Positions 39,250 to 54,089 of a stretch of 64,000 nt of DNA are shown piece by piece. The DNA is from Eledone cirrhosa. Taxonomy: Eukaryota. The stretch lies in assembly GCA_964016885.1 (NCBI GenBank), contig OZ024742.1:295554001-295618000 (forward strand), given 5' to 3'. Within the stretch, counting starts at the first letter, position 1, and the number at the start of each line of letters is the position of its first letter. Made by a program: the position numbers and the translations under genes. The notes under the pieces were generated by a model. The model was not told the origin of the DNA, made no database searches, and saw nothing but the letters and a program-made list of their open reading frames with translations.

Positions 39250-40480
39250 TTTTGCCTGACTGTTAATAGTGTATTGATTACTGGTTAATTGGGCAGGAAT
39301 ATATTATATATTATTATGTCTTTGTTAATCATGTATCAATAATTTTATGATAATTTTTTGTGATAATACATTGTTAGATTACTGAAGCTAACTTATACCT
39401 TCTTAAAAATACATGTTATAATTATTGTCTTTTTGCTTATGTATTTTCTTATTTACCACTTTCTTTAATCTTGCCCAACTTGATAAACTCTTTAAATTGC
39501 TCCCTAATTAAATTACTTAAATTACTTAAATTATTGTATCTATTATGCCTAAGTTGTATCTGTTGAAGCAGCCCTTTGAAAATTCCTCGGATATCCCAAA
39601 TACCGTAATTTTTAACATTTAATGTATAATTTTCCTCAATTCGTTTTTATATATATCCTTAAAGGCTCTCTAAAATTTTAATTCTTCGAAGGGTCTCTCG
39701 GAGGAAATTCCTATTAAAAATATTAAAGGGGCCTTTTCTGAGAGATTTATAGAAGGCTCTTTGAATTAACCTTTAAGTGATTAGTTTCTTTCAACTTAGT
39801 AGGGAATATCAAAACTCCGTAAGCTTTCAGAAATTTGTAAACGTGATCTCGGGGGAAGAAAGTTTTTTTCTTTGGGAAAAAATTTTTTTTCTCTCGAAGG
39901 AAATTTCATAGGAAACTTTATATTTTTTAGGGAAACTTTATATTTTTATTTTTTATTTTATCAGCCTCTTAATTTCTTCTAGTTTATTAGGCTTATTGGA
40001 GCCTGTAAGCTTTATGCACTTATTGAGGGATTTTTTAAGGTGCTTCTACGGGATCCCAAGTCTTTTAGTTTACTGTTAATGCGTAAATTATATATTATCT
40101 AAATTATATATTATCTAATTTTTAACCTTCAATCCCTGACCCCGACAACTGATATAAAAGAGCCTCCTTAGAATATAGACCCCAACTATACAAGCGAAGC
40201 TGCTGATGTGTACCACAATTTCAAACTGCTAGCCTTGAGTGATACGTTGATGTAATTAATGATCCTACAATCACGTGATATGCCTTGAAAAGGCCCACCA
40301 TATGGTCGGACGAAACGGCTGTCGGCAATAAACTCGTTATAATGTCATAATAGTTCCTTTGTTCTTTTTCACTAATATTTCTGCTCTGCGTATATGCATA
40401 GAGCTTAACTAGCTACCGTCACATATTTGGTAGGTCAGACGTGATCATCGCGATTCACATACGACCTACCATACATCTTG

Positions 40481-40482
<2 letters not shown>
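39250..40482 (+). mobile_element. Unclassified ~1.2-kb non-coding element with an HHR near its 3' end
   Basis: CpG-retaining, ORF-free segment; HHR at 40281-40327, then AATAAA, a terminal hairpin at 40428-40471, and (TA)n; left boundary approximate. Confidence 0.5.
40281..40327 (+). ncRNA. Type I hammerhead ribozyme, U3-A8 core variant
   Basis: Stem I TGCC/GGCA; core TTGAAAA; stem II GGCC..ACCATATGGT..GGAC; GAAA; stem III CGGCTG; triplet GTC. Confidence 0.7.
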
Positions 40483-40534
<52 letters not shown>

Positions 40535-40580
40535 CATATATATATACATACATATATATATACATACATACATACATATA

Positions 40581-40627
<47 letters not shown>

Positions 40628-40814
40628 AAGATTTACATATACATAAAGTCACAGATATATATGTGGCAACCGGTCATGTTGTGGCTCAATGAAGAATTAA
40701 TAAATTAAATAATCAGAGCAATATATCATAAATCATGTCCTTAGAATTATTAGATAAAATATATGTATACTATTTCCTCTCCCAATTAGCATAATTAACC
40801 ATATAAAAATACAC

Positions 40815-41264
40815 AGATATATATATATATATATAGATATACATATATAGATATACATATATATATAGATATACATATATAGATATACATATATATATAT
40901 AGATATAGATATATATATACACAGATATAAAAATATATAGATATACATATATATATATAGATATACATATATATATATAGATATACATATATATATACAC
41001 AGATATATATATAGATATACATATATATATACACAGATATATATATATAGATATACATATATATATATATATATAGATATACATATATATATATAGATAT
41101 ACATATATATATATATATATAGATATACATATATATAGATATACATATACATATATATAGATATACATATATATATACACAGATATATATATATATAGAT
41201 ATACATGTATATATATATAGATATACATATATATATATACACAGATATATATATATAGATATAC

Positions 41265-41295
<31 letters not shown>

Positions 41296-41473
41296 GATAT
41301 ACATATATATATGTATATATATACATATATATATATATATAGATATACATATATAGATATACATATATATATATATAGATATACATATATATAGATATAC
41401 ATATATAGATATACATATATATATATATATATATATAGATATACATATATATATATATATATAGATATACATA
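40815..41473 (+). repeat. Complex microsatellite, (TA)n with AGATATACAT units
   Basis: The same unit recurs at 41610-41668 and 42550-42990. Confidence 0.97.
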
Positions 41474-41497
41474 TCACAGACCCTCCATCTCAACTCA

Positions 41498-41535
41498 CCT
41501 TTTGAAAAGCAGAAGAACTGCGAAACCGGTAAGGG
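41498..41535 (+). ncRNA. Minimal type I hammerhead ribozyme, U3-A8 core variant
   Basis: CCTT-TTGAAAA-GCAG-AAGAA-CTGC-GAAA-CCGG-TA-AGGG: perfect stem II, palindromic loop-less stem III, triplet GTA; within a ~135-bp island in a microsatellite. Confidence 0.8.
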
Positions 41536-41667
41536 AACCAAATAAAAATATATATATTTAAAAAAAAAATAAGACTCCAGTTGCATTTTCGATTTCATCT
41601 CTTTTTCTTTATATATATAGATATACATATATATATATATATATAGATATACATATATATAGATATA

Positions 41668-42549
41668 CATCATCATCATCATCATCATCATCATCAGGTT
41701 TAGCGTCCGTGTTCCACGCTTGCATGGGTTTGGACGGGGGTTTTCCCACTTGAGGCAAGAGTGGTTGTCTTGCTCGCATAGGACTGTCTGGCGGGTTTTC
41801 TACAGTTGGATGCCCTTCCTAACACCAACCACATTTACAGTGTGGGGCTGGGAGGTTTTTACCGTGTTGCCTACACGGCCACATTACAGCATGGACTGTC
41901 TGGCGGGTTTTCTACAGCTGGATGCCCTTCCTAACACCAACCACATTTACAGTGTGGGGCTGGGAGGTTTTTACCGTGTTGCCTACACGGCCACATTTAC
42001 AGCGTGGACTGTGTGTTTTTTTGTCATGACACCTACACGATCTCATTTGTTTCGGCCTGGATGTTGTGGGACCAACATAACTTTACATTGAAAGGGGCGG
42101 TGTGGGTGGGGTGGAGGTGGTGGGACGGGGGTGTGTTTTGATAGAGATGCCTACTGACTGTAGTAGGTTTTTACTTTGTATTTAGGTAAGGTGGGTCTTC
42201 TCTATTACTGAGTACCGCCAAAGGTCTCGGTCCAGTGACATTGTCTTGGAGAGGTGTAAGCGTGTGAGGTCGGAATTTCTAATTTTTTCCTTAGTTCGGA
42301 ATTTCTAATTTTTTCCTTAGTACCAACGTAGCCTTCTCTCGAGTAAACAACATCTGATCCCTCTTATCTCTAATTTTTTCCTTAGTTCGTTTATGCTTTG
42401 CCGTTCACGTATATTACTGTTACACATCCAGCGGAGCATGCAAGCTTCGTTCCTCTCTAGTCTGCGTATATCCTCTGCACACAATGCCCAGGTCTCACTG
42501 CCATGCAGCATTGCTGTTCGTATGCAGGCATCGTACAACCTGCCTTTCA
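41668..42549 (-). mobile_element. 5'-truncated, internally deleted RTE copy
   Basis: MKGRLYDAC...RRLRWY is nearly identical to 47296-47526; the 3' UTR matches 47641-48075 with an extra internal duplication; (TGA)n tail. Confidence 0.93.
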
Positions 42550-44800
<2,251 letters not shown>

Positions 44801-44802
44801 TT

Positions 44803-44916
44803 CTAAGGCGGGTAAAATTCCCGAGATCCATGGACGAGTTCTCTCCAGCGGTCTCTGTCCCTCATTATCGCTGCCATGTCCTGCATCTCCAACAGACCAG
44901 TTTCTGTCCTTAGGGC
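44803..44916 (-). mobile_element. Tiny RTE-like LINE 3' end within a microsatellite
   Basis: LRTETGL..MQDM...[11 protein letters not shown] resembles the RTE-group C-terminal DR..WR motif. Confidence 0.6.
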
Positions 44917-44920
44917 ATAT

Positions 44921-44951
<31 letters not shown>

Positions 44952-44962
44952 TACATATATAT

Positions 44963-45008
<46 letters not shown>

Positions 45009-45524
45009 TTCAACAGATTTCAATACAGCAACAACTACAACTACAACAACAACAACAACAACAACACCATTGTCTGTGTTGAATGTGTGTGTATGTATGT
45101 ATTTATATATATGCGACTACAATAACAGCATCAACAGCATTGTCTGCAGCATCAGTGAAATGAAGAACAACAACAACGGCAGCAGCAACAACAACAGCAA
45201 CAACTACAATAACAACTACAGCAACAACAACTGCCACCGCCATCACCATATTGACACCATCCACCACCTTTCACCACCACCACCACCACCATTACCAGCG
45301 TAAAGCAAACAATTATTATATAAAAACTGAACTGAACTGGGAAAATTCAGCAGTTGACATGATTTTGATTTTGTATCAGTACTGCCGGTAATATATATAT
45401 ATATGTGTGTGTGTGTGAGTGGTGTGTGTGTTTGTATGCATGAATGAGTGTTGGTATGTGAGTTGGTGTGTGAGTGTGTGTGTGTCGTGTCAATAAGTAT
45501 TTATTTATTTATTTTTTTTAATGA

Positions 45525-48073
45525 CCATGCTGTAAAATGGAGGGGTACAGAGGGCCCTTGAGTCTAGTAAGACATCCTCTCTAGTGCTGGTGGCACAAAT
45601 AAAAGTACCCAGTCCATGCTGTAAAGTGGCGCTGGTGTTAGGAAGGGCATCCAACCAGTGTATATGCCAAAACGCTTATCAGCACAGCAACAAATAGGAA
45701 CAACAACAAAATATGAAGACGTCGCATCTCAGAGTTGCAACACTTAATGGTGGCACTCTCAGAGATATATCTGCTGAAATAGCGGAGATGCTGGAGAGAA
45801 GGCATGTGGATGTGTGCTGCGTGCAAGAGGTGAGATGGAGAGGTACCTCTGTGAGACTAGTCATAGGCAAACGTCTTAGCTATATATATATACATATATA
45901 AATATATATATATATATATATACATATATAAATACATATATATATACATATTGATGGTGTACTTGCCATCACTGACGCTGATAAGAAGGTAGCTTGGAAG
46001 TGTCACTACGAAAGGCTTCTAAATGAGGAGAATAAATGGGAGAAAGACAGTCTCCCCCACATCGACCCAATAGAGGGACCGGCAGTGTTAGTCGAAGGTA
46101 GTATAATAAGTAAGGCAATCAAAGATATGAAGATGGGTAAGGCGGCTGGGCCTTTGGAAATAGTTGTTGAGATGCTGAAAGCCTCTGGAACGGTGGGACA
46201 CACCATGGTCACCCGGATAGTAAACCAAGTCATACAGAATGGGGTTGTTCCGAAGGACTGGCGTAGCAGCATCATCATTAACTGTTACAAGGGTAAAGGA
46301 GATGCCCTAGATAGGAGTAACTATAGAGGCATTAAATTAATCGACCAGGTCATGAAAAAGTAATAGCGCAACTAATCAGAGAGAGAATTGATCTAGATGA
46401 AATGCAGTTCGGTTTTGTGTCAGGCAAAAGTAGCACAGACGCTCTTTTCATTGTACGACAACTACAGGAGAAGTACCTAGCTAAAAGTAAACCCCTATAC
46501 TTAGCTTTTGTTGACTTGGAGAAAGCCTTTGACAGAGTCCCCCGTTCCATTATCTGGTGGGCTCTTAGAAAATTAGGTGTTGACGAATGGCTTGTGAGAG
46601 CTATACAAGCCATGTATAAAGAAACAGTCAGCAAGGTTAGAATTAACAACGAATATAGTGAAGAGTTTAGCGTAAAAGTTGGTGTCCATCAGGGCTCTGT
46701 TCTTAGTCCCCTACTATTTATTATAGCCCTTCAGGCTATAACAGTGGAGTTCAAGACCGGCTGCCCATGGGAACTCCTATACACAGATGATCTAACGCTC
46801 ATAGCTGAATCAATGGCCGAGCTAGAGAAGAAATTCCAAACATGGAAGCACGGCCTAGAATCAAAAGGCCTTAAAATTAACCTGGCTAAGACTAAAGTTC
46901 TAGTTTGTAGGAAAGAAAAGGCGACGGTCCCTTCCGGGAAATGGCCATGCTCAGTGTGTAGGAAAGGCGTAGGTAGAAACTCCATTTTATGTCCCAAATG
47001 CAAAATATGGGTGCATAAAAGATGTAGTGGGATCACAGGTAAGCTAACTAAGAACATAGATTTTACATGTGGCCGGTGCTCTGGTGCAATAAGTAGCAGC
47101 AAGTGCCCACAAAATACTAGCTCTTTCAATTGCGCAGAGGGTTCTATAGAAATAGTGGACAGCTTCCGTTACCTGGGTGACAAAATCAGCAGTGGGGGAG
47201 GGTGCTCTGAAAGTACAGTAGCTAGAGTCAGAACTGGATGGAAAAAGTTCAGAGAGCTTATACCACTATTAGCCGCTAAAGGGTTCTCCCTAAAAATGAA
47301 AGGCAGGTTGTATGATGCCTGCATACGAACAGCAATGTTGCATGGCAGTGAGACCTGGGCATTGTGTGCAGAGGATATACGCAGACTAGAGAGGAATGAA
47401 GCTTGCATGCTCCGCTGGATGTGTAATAGTAATATACGTGAACGGCAAAGCATAAGCGAACTAAGGAAAAAATTAGAAATAAGAGGGATCAGATGTTGTT
47501 TACTCGAGAGAAGGCTACGTTGGTATGGTCACGTGATGCGCATGAAAGACGACAGCTGTATAACAAAGTGCAGGGCAATAAAGATAGACGGTAGCTACGG
47601 AGTAGGCAGACCCAGAAAAACCTGGGACGAGCTGATAAATTCCGACCTCATACACTTACACTTCTCCAAGACAATGTCACTGGACCGAGACCTTTGGCGG
47701 TACTCAGTAATAGAGAAGACCCGCCTTACCTAAATACAAAGTAAAACCTACTACAGTCAGTAGGCATCTGTAACAAAATACACCTCCGTCCCACCACCCC
47801 ACCCCATCCACTCCGCCCCTTTCAATGTAAAGTTATTTTGGTGCCACAAGATCCAGGTCGAAACAAATGAGATCATGTAGGTGTCACGTCAAAAAAACAC
47901 ACAGTCCACACTGTAATGTGGCCGTGTAGGCAACACGGTAAAAACCTCCCAGCCCCACACTGTAAATGTGGTTGGTGTTAGGAAGGGCATCCAGACAATC
48001 ACTCTTGCCTCAAGTAGGAAAACTCCTGTCCAAACCCATGCAAGCGTGGAACACGGACGTTAAATGATGATGA

Positions 48074-48075
<2 letters not shown>
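45525..48075 (+). mobile_element. RTE LINE retaining 5' UTR and 3' UTR, internally deleted
   Basis: 5' UTR with the GGTGTTAGGAAGGGCATCC motif, ORF remnants, and a tail AACCCATGCAAGCGTGGAACACGGACGTTAAA(TGA)n. Confidence 0.95.
45713..47733 (+). pseudogene. RTE APE-RT polyprotein, disrupted
   Basis: APE start RVATLNGGTL..DVCCVQEVRWRG; a microsatellite at 45881-45950 replaces the rest of APE; RT KAAGP..NYRGIKL (frameshift near 46358) QFGF..FVDLEKAFDRV..GVHQGSVLSP..LLYTDD; C4HC3 finger. Confidence 0.95.
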
Positions 48076-48110
<35 letters not shown>

Positions 48111-48137
48111 TAAATACATACATATATACATATATAA

Positions 48138-48214
<77 letters not shown>

Positions 48215-48275
48215 TAAATACATATGTATACATACATATATATATATATATACATATATATATATGTATATATAC

Positions 48276-48306
<31 letters not shown>

Positions 48307-48308
48307 TA
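48076..48308 (+). repeat. (TA)n/(TACA)n microsatellite
   Basis: Low-complexity tract. Confidence 0.97.
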
Positions 48309-48881
48309 AATACAATATTTTCCTTATTACTAGTGACATCCATATACATAAGTTGTGTAGCAATTGGCTCATACCATAAATATTTTTCTCCCTGTAGTTT
48401 GGGGCTTCAAAGAATATTAATGCACAGAAGTTTTTCCCCAAACATTGCCTATTTTTGGCATATATTATTTCTCTTCTGGCAGTCTTTGATTGCAGCATTA
48501 ATTCAACTATTGCAGTAATTCCTCTTATATTGAAAACCATGAAGAATTTATTTCTCTCTCTCCACACACATACACACGTATACATACATGTTAACCTTAT
48601 ATATTCCTTCCATATACTGTACCGATTGTGTTGTTATTTCTATTTACCTTTTACACACACACACACTCGTGTGTGTGTGTGCACGTGCGTGCTTGTAAAG
48701 AAGCCCATTATTATCCCGTTGTGGTTGACTTTGCCTTTCATCCTTACGGGGTCGATAAAATAAAGTACCAGTAATGCACTGGGTAATTTGCTGGCCTTGT
48801 GCCTAAAGTAGAGATAATTATTGTTCCAACCAGTCTATTCACCATTGGTATCTACCTTAAATATATATATATATACAGTAT

Positions 48882-48916
<35 letters not shown>

Positions 48917-49208
48917 CAAACAAATACACAAATCCGAATGCAGACACACCCAGAACAAAAGCAAGCAATCATCGAATGCCCTTTGTGTAAATAATACACT
49001 CAGAAAACAAAGCTATCAATAAATAAAATATCTAGTGCACAAGACCATCTCATAAAAAATACATTTGTAAAAACAAAGCCAACCATGCACTAAATGTCTA
49101 CATTAGAACTAAAACATCCCCCATAATCCCTATCTCAGACATTATCCATATTTCCCAACCTCTAAGCCACTCTAAATATGAGTATATATATATACATATA
49201 TATATATA

Positions 49209-49668
49209 TGCAAGGTGTGTAAAAAAAAAACGTGACTGGGGTTGCAAATAAATATTTCAACTACAAACTACAAATTTTCCCCTTTGATATAATCCCCCTT
49301 GAATCTCCCATACTTTCCCATCATATTCTGTCATGCCTCCATGCACTCCGGGAAGGATTCTCCACACCTCCATCGTCACAGTCATCTTGATGGCTTCCTT
49401 GTCTGGAAAATGGGCCCCTAAGACTCATCACATATATATAATGACTTTCCCCAGCAAGTCTGATTCGGTTTCAAGATACTTGAGGATGTCCTTACACACC
49501 TGCATGCGTTGCTCCTTCTGGTCATTGTTCAGCAGCTTTGGTATGATCTTCACACAGATCTTCCGCATGCTCAGCTCTTCAGTGATAATTTTCTAAATGC
49601 TGTTGCGGTACATGCCCTGCTCCCTTGTGAACAGTTGAACAGTCAGCTGATGATCACAATGGACCTCC
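49209..49668 (-). mobile_element. Mariner transposon relic (transposase fragment plus one end)
   Basis: 49440-49668 translates D.QLTV....GM...SI*KIITEELSMRKICVKIIPKLLNNDQKEQRMQVCKDIL...DLLGKVI (mariner HTH/WVPxxL linker region); TIR-like CAAGGTGTGTAAAAAAAAAACGTGACTG. Confidence 0.8.
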
Positions 49669-50186
49669 TATATATACATATGCAATGACTACAAAACCCT
49701 CAATATAAACATATATACATATACACAGAGATATCAACCTATACACACACACATTATATATATATATATATATAGCTTGAGATACACAAATGTATTATAT
49801 ATATTATAAAGTATCATTGACACTTTCATCTGGATATCCTTTCTGGTGTATAACACTACATACTGCTATCATTTCTCTCCCTAGACCCTTAGTAATATTA
49901 TACCATAAGGAAAATAAAAATCTTGATCACATTTCGAAAGCAGCTGATTATGTGAATTACATCTTCAACTTATCCTTGACATATCCTAGAGATTCTAGAT
50001 GATGCTTCAGGTAATTTTTGTTGAAAAACAGAATTCTATAGTTATGTCTTCTTTCTACAACAGAGTCATTCCATTGATAGTGTTCAAAACGTAATGAATA
50101 ATATTGGTCAAGGTTCCAAAATTGTCCACTTTGTCAATGTTTTTCTGTTAAGATGCCTGTGTCATGAAAAAATGTTAGGAAATTTG

Positions 50187-50492
50187 CACAGTGATGTCAT
50201 CTCTTTCAAATAGATTGTTTTGTATTTGAGTGACAGTAGCCTCACACAGTGATAACATCTCTTTCAAATAGAATCTTGTAAATTTGGGGGACAGTAGTCT
50301 CACAGAATGAAACGTTCAAAGAGACTTGAAAAAATACTAGGGTAAGCAAATATAATGTGGTGTATCTGAAGGATAATAACCTTAAATGGAATGTTGTGCA
50401 TTTAAAGGACAATAACCTCATACAGCAATCTCCCTCACATCGATGTTGCATATTTGAGGGACTGTAGCCTCACACAGTGATACCATCTCTTT
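50187..50492 (+). repeat. Degenerate ~59-bp local repeats
   Basis: GAC.GTAG.CTCACA.AGTGATA.CATCTCTTT recurs about 3 times. Confidence 0.7.
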
Positions 50493-53382
50493 GTATTCTG
50501 AGCTCTAATCCCACTGAGGTCAACTTTGTCTTTCATCTTTCCAGATTTAATAAATAAAGTACCATTCTAGGGTATCAAACTGGCAGAATTGTTAGAGCAT
50601 CAATTGAGATGCCATGTGTTAATTGTTCTGTCAATTTGCATTCCTAGTTCAAATCCCTCTGTGGTCTACTTGGGGGCAGTTAGCCTTAACCCATGCCAAG
50701 CTTAACACCACCATTTGACCCTTGAGTTCCTTTAGCAGAGCCCACTCTGTTGCAAGCATTCCGGTGAGGGTTCTGGTTTGAGGATACCTTCCACCCTTTC
50801 ATCCATCTTAGAGGCTCTTAAAAGTATTATGGGCACCATCCTTTCAGATCAACAGGCAATGACCCAGAACTACAATTTTACCTAAATTCGGTTCAAATAG
50901 AAGATTAGGAATGAAAACTAAAACTATTATTAATTGTGTCATTGTTGTTGTGTAGTCCTTAGCCATGACTATACAGTTTGTTTCAAGCATAATATATTTT
51001 GGACTACATTATCAAAAAGACAGTAAGGTAAGTTCTAAGCAAGATTTGGCTACTATGACTAGTAGGCTGAGTAACTATATAGTGAATCCTTCAAGTTGTT
51101 CTTAACATGACATTCTAGAAAAGTACAAAGTAGCACTATGTTTACTTTAATACTACACATTTTCTCAATAATTTGTCCACTACTAAAGATACTATAAGCA
51201 TTTGAATTGATAATCCACATGAAACCACATTAACAAGACAATCTGAAAAAATACAAAACAGAACTATGACTGCATCATATTAAAAACTAAAGTCTAATGC
51301 CATAAAATGTCACAACGATCTGTTCATTAGAATTAACAAATCCAACTTTTAGATATTTTCTTCTAAACCATAATTGTTTGTTAAGAGTCAATTAACAACC
51401 ACACGTGTGAAACATTATTTTTAATATAACTGACTATATCACATTAAAACCTGAAGTCTTTGGTCTAATACCACAAATTTTCCCAATGATAGGTTCACTA
51501 GTAAAGATGCTATACACATTTGAATTAACAAATTCCACTTTTAGATATTATCTTACAGTATATTAAATACAATATAATTTTGGTAAAGAAAGATTATTAT
51601 TAAAGCAATCTAAGATATTTTTGATTTCTCTAATAATACATATAATTTAATGAATAAACTAAACTAGAGTTTTTCGAGTAGATATTAATTCCACAAGTAA
51701 TATTAAAGGCTATCAATAGGATATGATCAGACAAAACTAATATTGGCTTTGAAAGATGGAAATAACACATTCTAGACAGCATATCACACATACAATCACA
51801 CCTACATATACATTTACATACACACATCAAATCTAAGACAATATATATACTTTCACTAACACACACATGAGCACATACATATATCTATACAGAATCACAC
51901 ACATACAAACACATTCAAATCTAAGACAGGATATTTCCTACTCATGAATACACACACACTCTCTCACACACACTTACCGATACACATACACATATACCTA
52001 AACAGAACTGCAAACATACATACCTGATTACATCCTCACTTATACAAATATACATACATTCACAGACTTACTTATATACACACACTTACATATAACTACA
52101 CTCATACACAAACAATGCTTTGTCAACATCACCATTCATCTCCTTTTATATAAAATTTAATTTGGTTAACATTTATAAAAGTTATAAAAATGTTTAACCC
52201 TTCTGATACCAATCTGCTCAAAACTGGTTCTGATTTTCTGAAACAAAACCACCCATTTTAAAGGGATCCCATTTAATTTAAAATCTTACAACATAATCTT
52301 ATATAAGAAATATTTGTTAAGTTATATAAAAAATACTATACGTGTGAAATAATTGATAATTTTAGTAAACGCCCCATTTAGTAATTACTTCAAGTGGAGT
52401 GTATTTAATTAGAAATATGATCAATTTATAGAGCTTCAAGTGTTTTAAGTATATTTTAAGATAGGAATTTAATCCATAATTTCTTTCACATCACAACAAC
52501 AATAACTGTGATTTCCGTTATACCATTCATTTCTGATTTTTATTTTGTTACATCAACAAATACCTGAATTATATTCATGTCACTGGGATGGTCTTAAGTT
52601 TGATCCTTCCGTGTGGCACCTTGAACAAGTGTTTTCTTTACTAGTCTCAAACTGACCAATGGTAAATGGAAAGACTTGTCTGTAAACACATACACACATG
52701 CACATTTACATATACAGAAAGGCCCAGACTGAGGAAGTGAAGGCAGATCACAAGATGCTGAACCTCACAAAGAAGATGACAAAGGAAAGAGCCAAGTGGA
52801 AATGTAATGGTTACATCTAGGATATGCCAACTTCTCTAGTGCTAGTGACATAATAAAATACACCCTGCTCATGTTGAAATATCTGGTGATCAGAATGGCT
52901 TCCAATCATAGAAAAGGAGGGGCTTCGTGAAAGAGGAGTTTGAGAAAACTCTTCAGTCACGATAGGAAGATGGCAGTCTTTCTGGGGCCAGTGCTGGCTT
53001 GTAATATCCATGGTGCACCATGTTGCATGCACTAATGGACTATGAAAGTGAGATGCAGCCCCTGAATTGTCTCAGAGGTCTGTAATTCAAGTTAATTATT
53101 GATGTTAAATGATGATGATAGACATGTTAATTACTATATAGATCTGTTATTTGTAATGCATCTTTGCCTATTGATCAAATAGCTGTAGAATTAGATCTGT
53201 CATGTGATCAATAAGTTGATCACATTAAGCTGGTAAAAATGACATGTTTCATAAACAATGATTTTATATTTAATATTATTTCGTGACAATGGATTAATTT
53301 CATCTATCAGTTTTGTTGTGACAGAAAGTGAGGATAAATTAGCTTACATAAAACACAGCTATATGTATATACAGGGATATAC

Positions 53383-53413
<31 letters not shown>

Positions 53414-54089
53414 CTCATATGTATATATTCATATATGTATATATATATATGTGTATGTATATACTATTAGTTTTGCGAGGTTTTTTTATATGAAATCGTG
53501 TGTCGAAACAAATATTGTTATTCTTGGGGAGGGTCATATTTGTGTAATATTGCCAGAATTAATAACAGAACACACTCACTGTTTGGTTGCTTTTCGCTTT
53601 TCGCTTCTGTGTCTTTTATATCGGTAATCTAATTTATTCGGTCCTCAATGTTGCCATTGACTGATCAACGGTCAAAAATAATACAGATACAATATAGACA
53701 CAAACACATATATATATAGTTTATCAAAGTTCTTTTGTTGCACATCTGCAACATCGTCAGTGGTGCTATAGATTCCTCCCGTTGCATTGTATTTCTACGC
53801 CATCTTTATTTAGTCTGTTTATATATTTATTTATTTATTTGTTTGTTTGTTTATTTTATTTTGTCTTCTTTGCGCATGCGTTTGCGTGTGTGTATAGTGT
53901 TTTGTTTGATGTGTGTTCGTGATTGGGTGACTGTGTATTGGTTAATGTATTCTATGTTTACTAGTGTGTGTTTATATGTGTTTGTTGTTATTGTGCTTGT
54001 GTATGTATTTATTTATTTATCTATTTATACTTCTCTTAGGTCAGTGTTGTTTGTTTGGGTGTTGTTGTTATTCCATTCATTCTTTCTGT

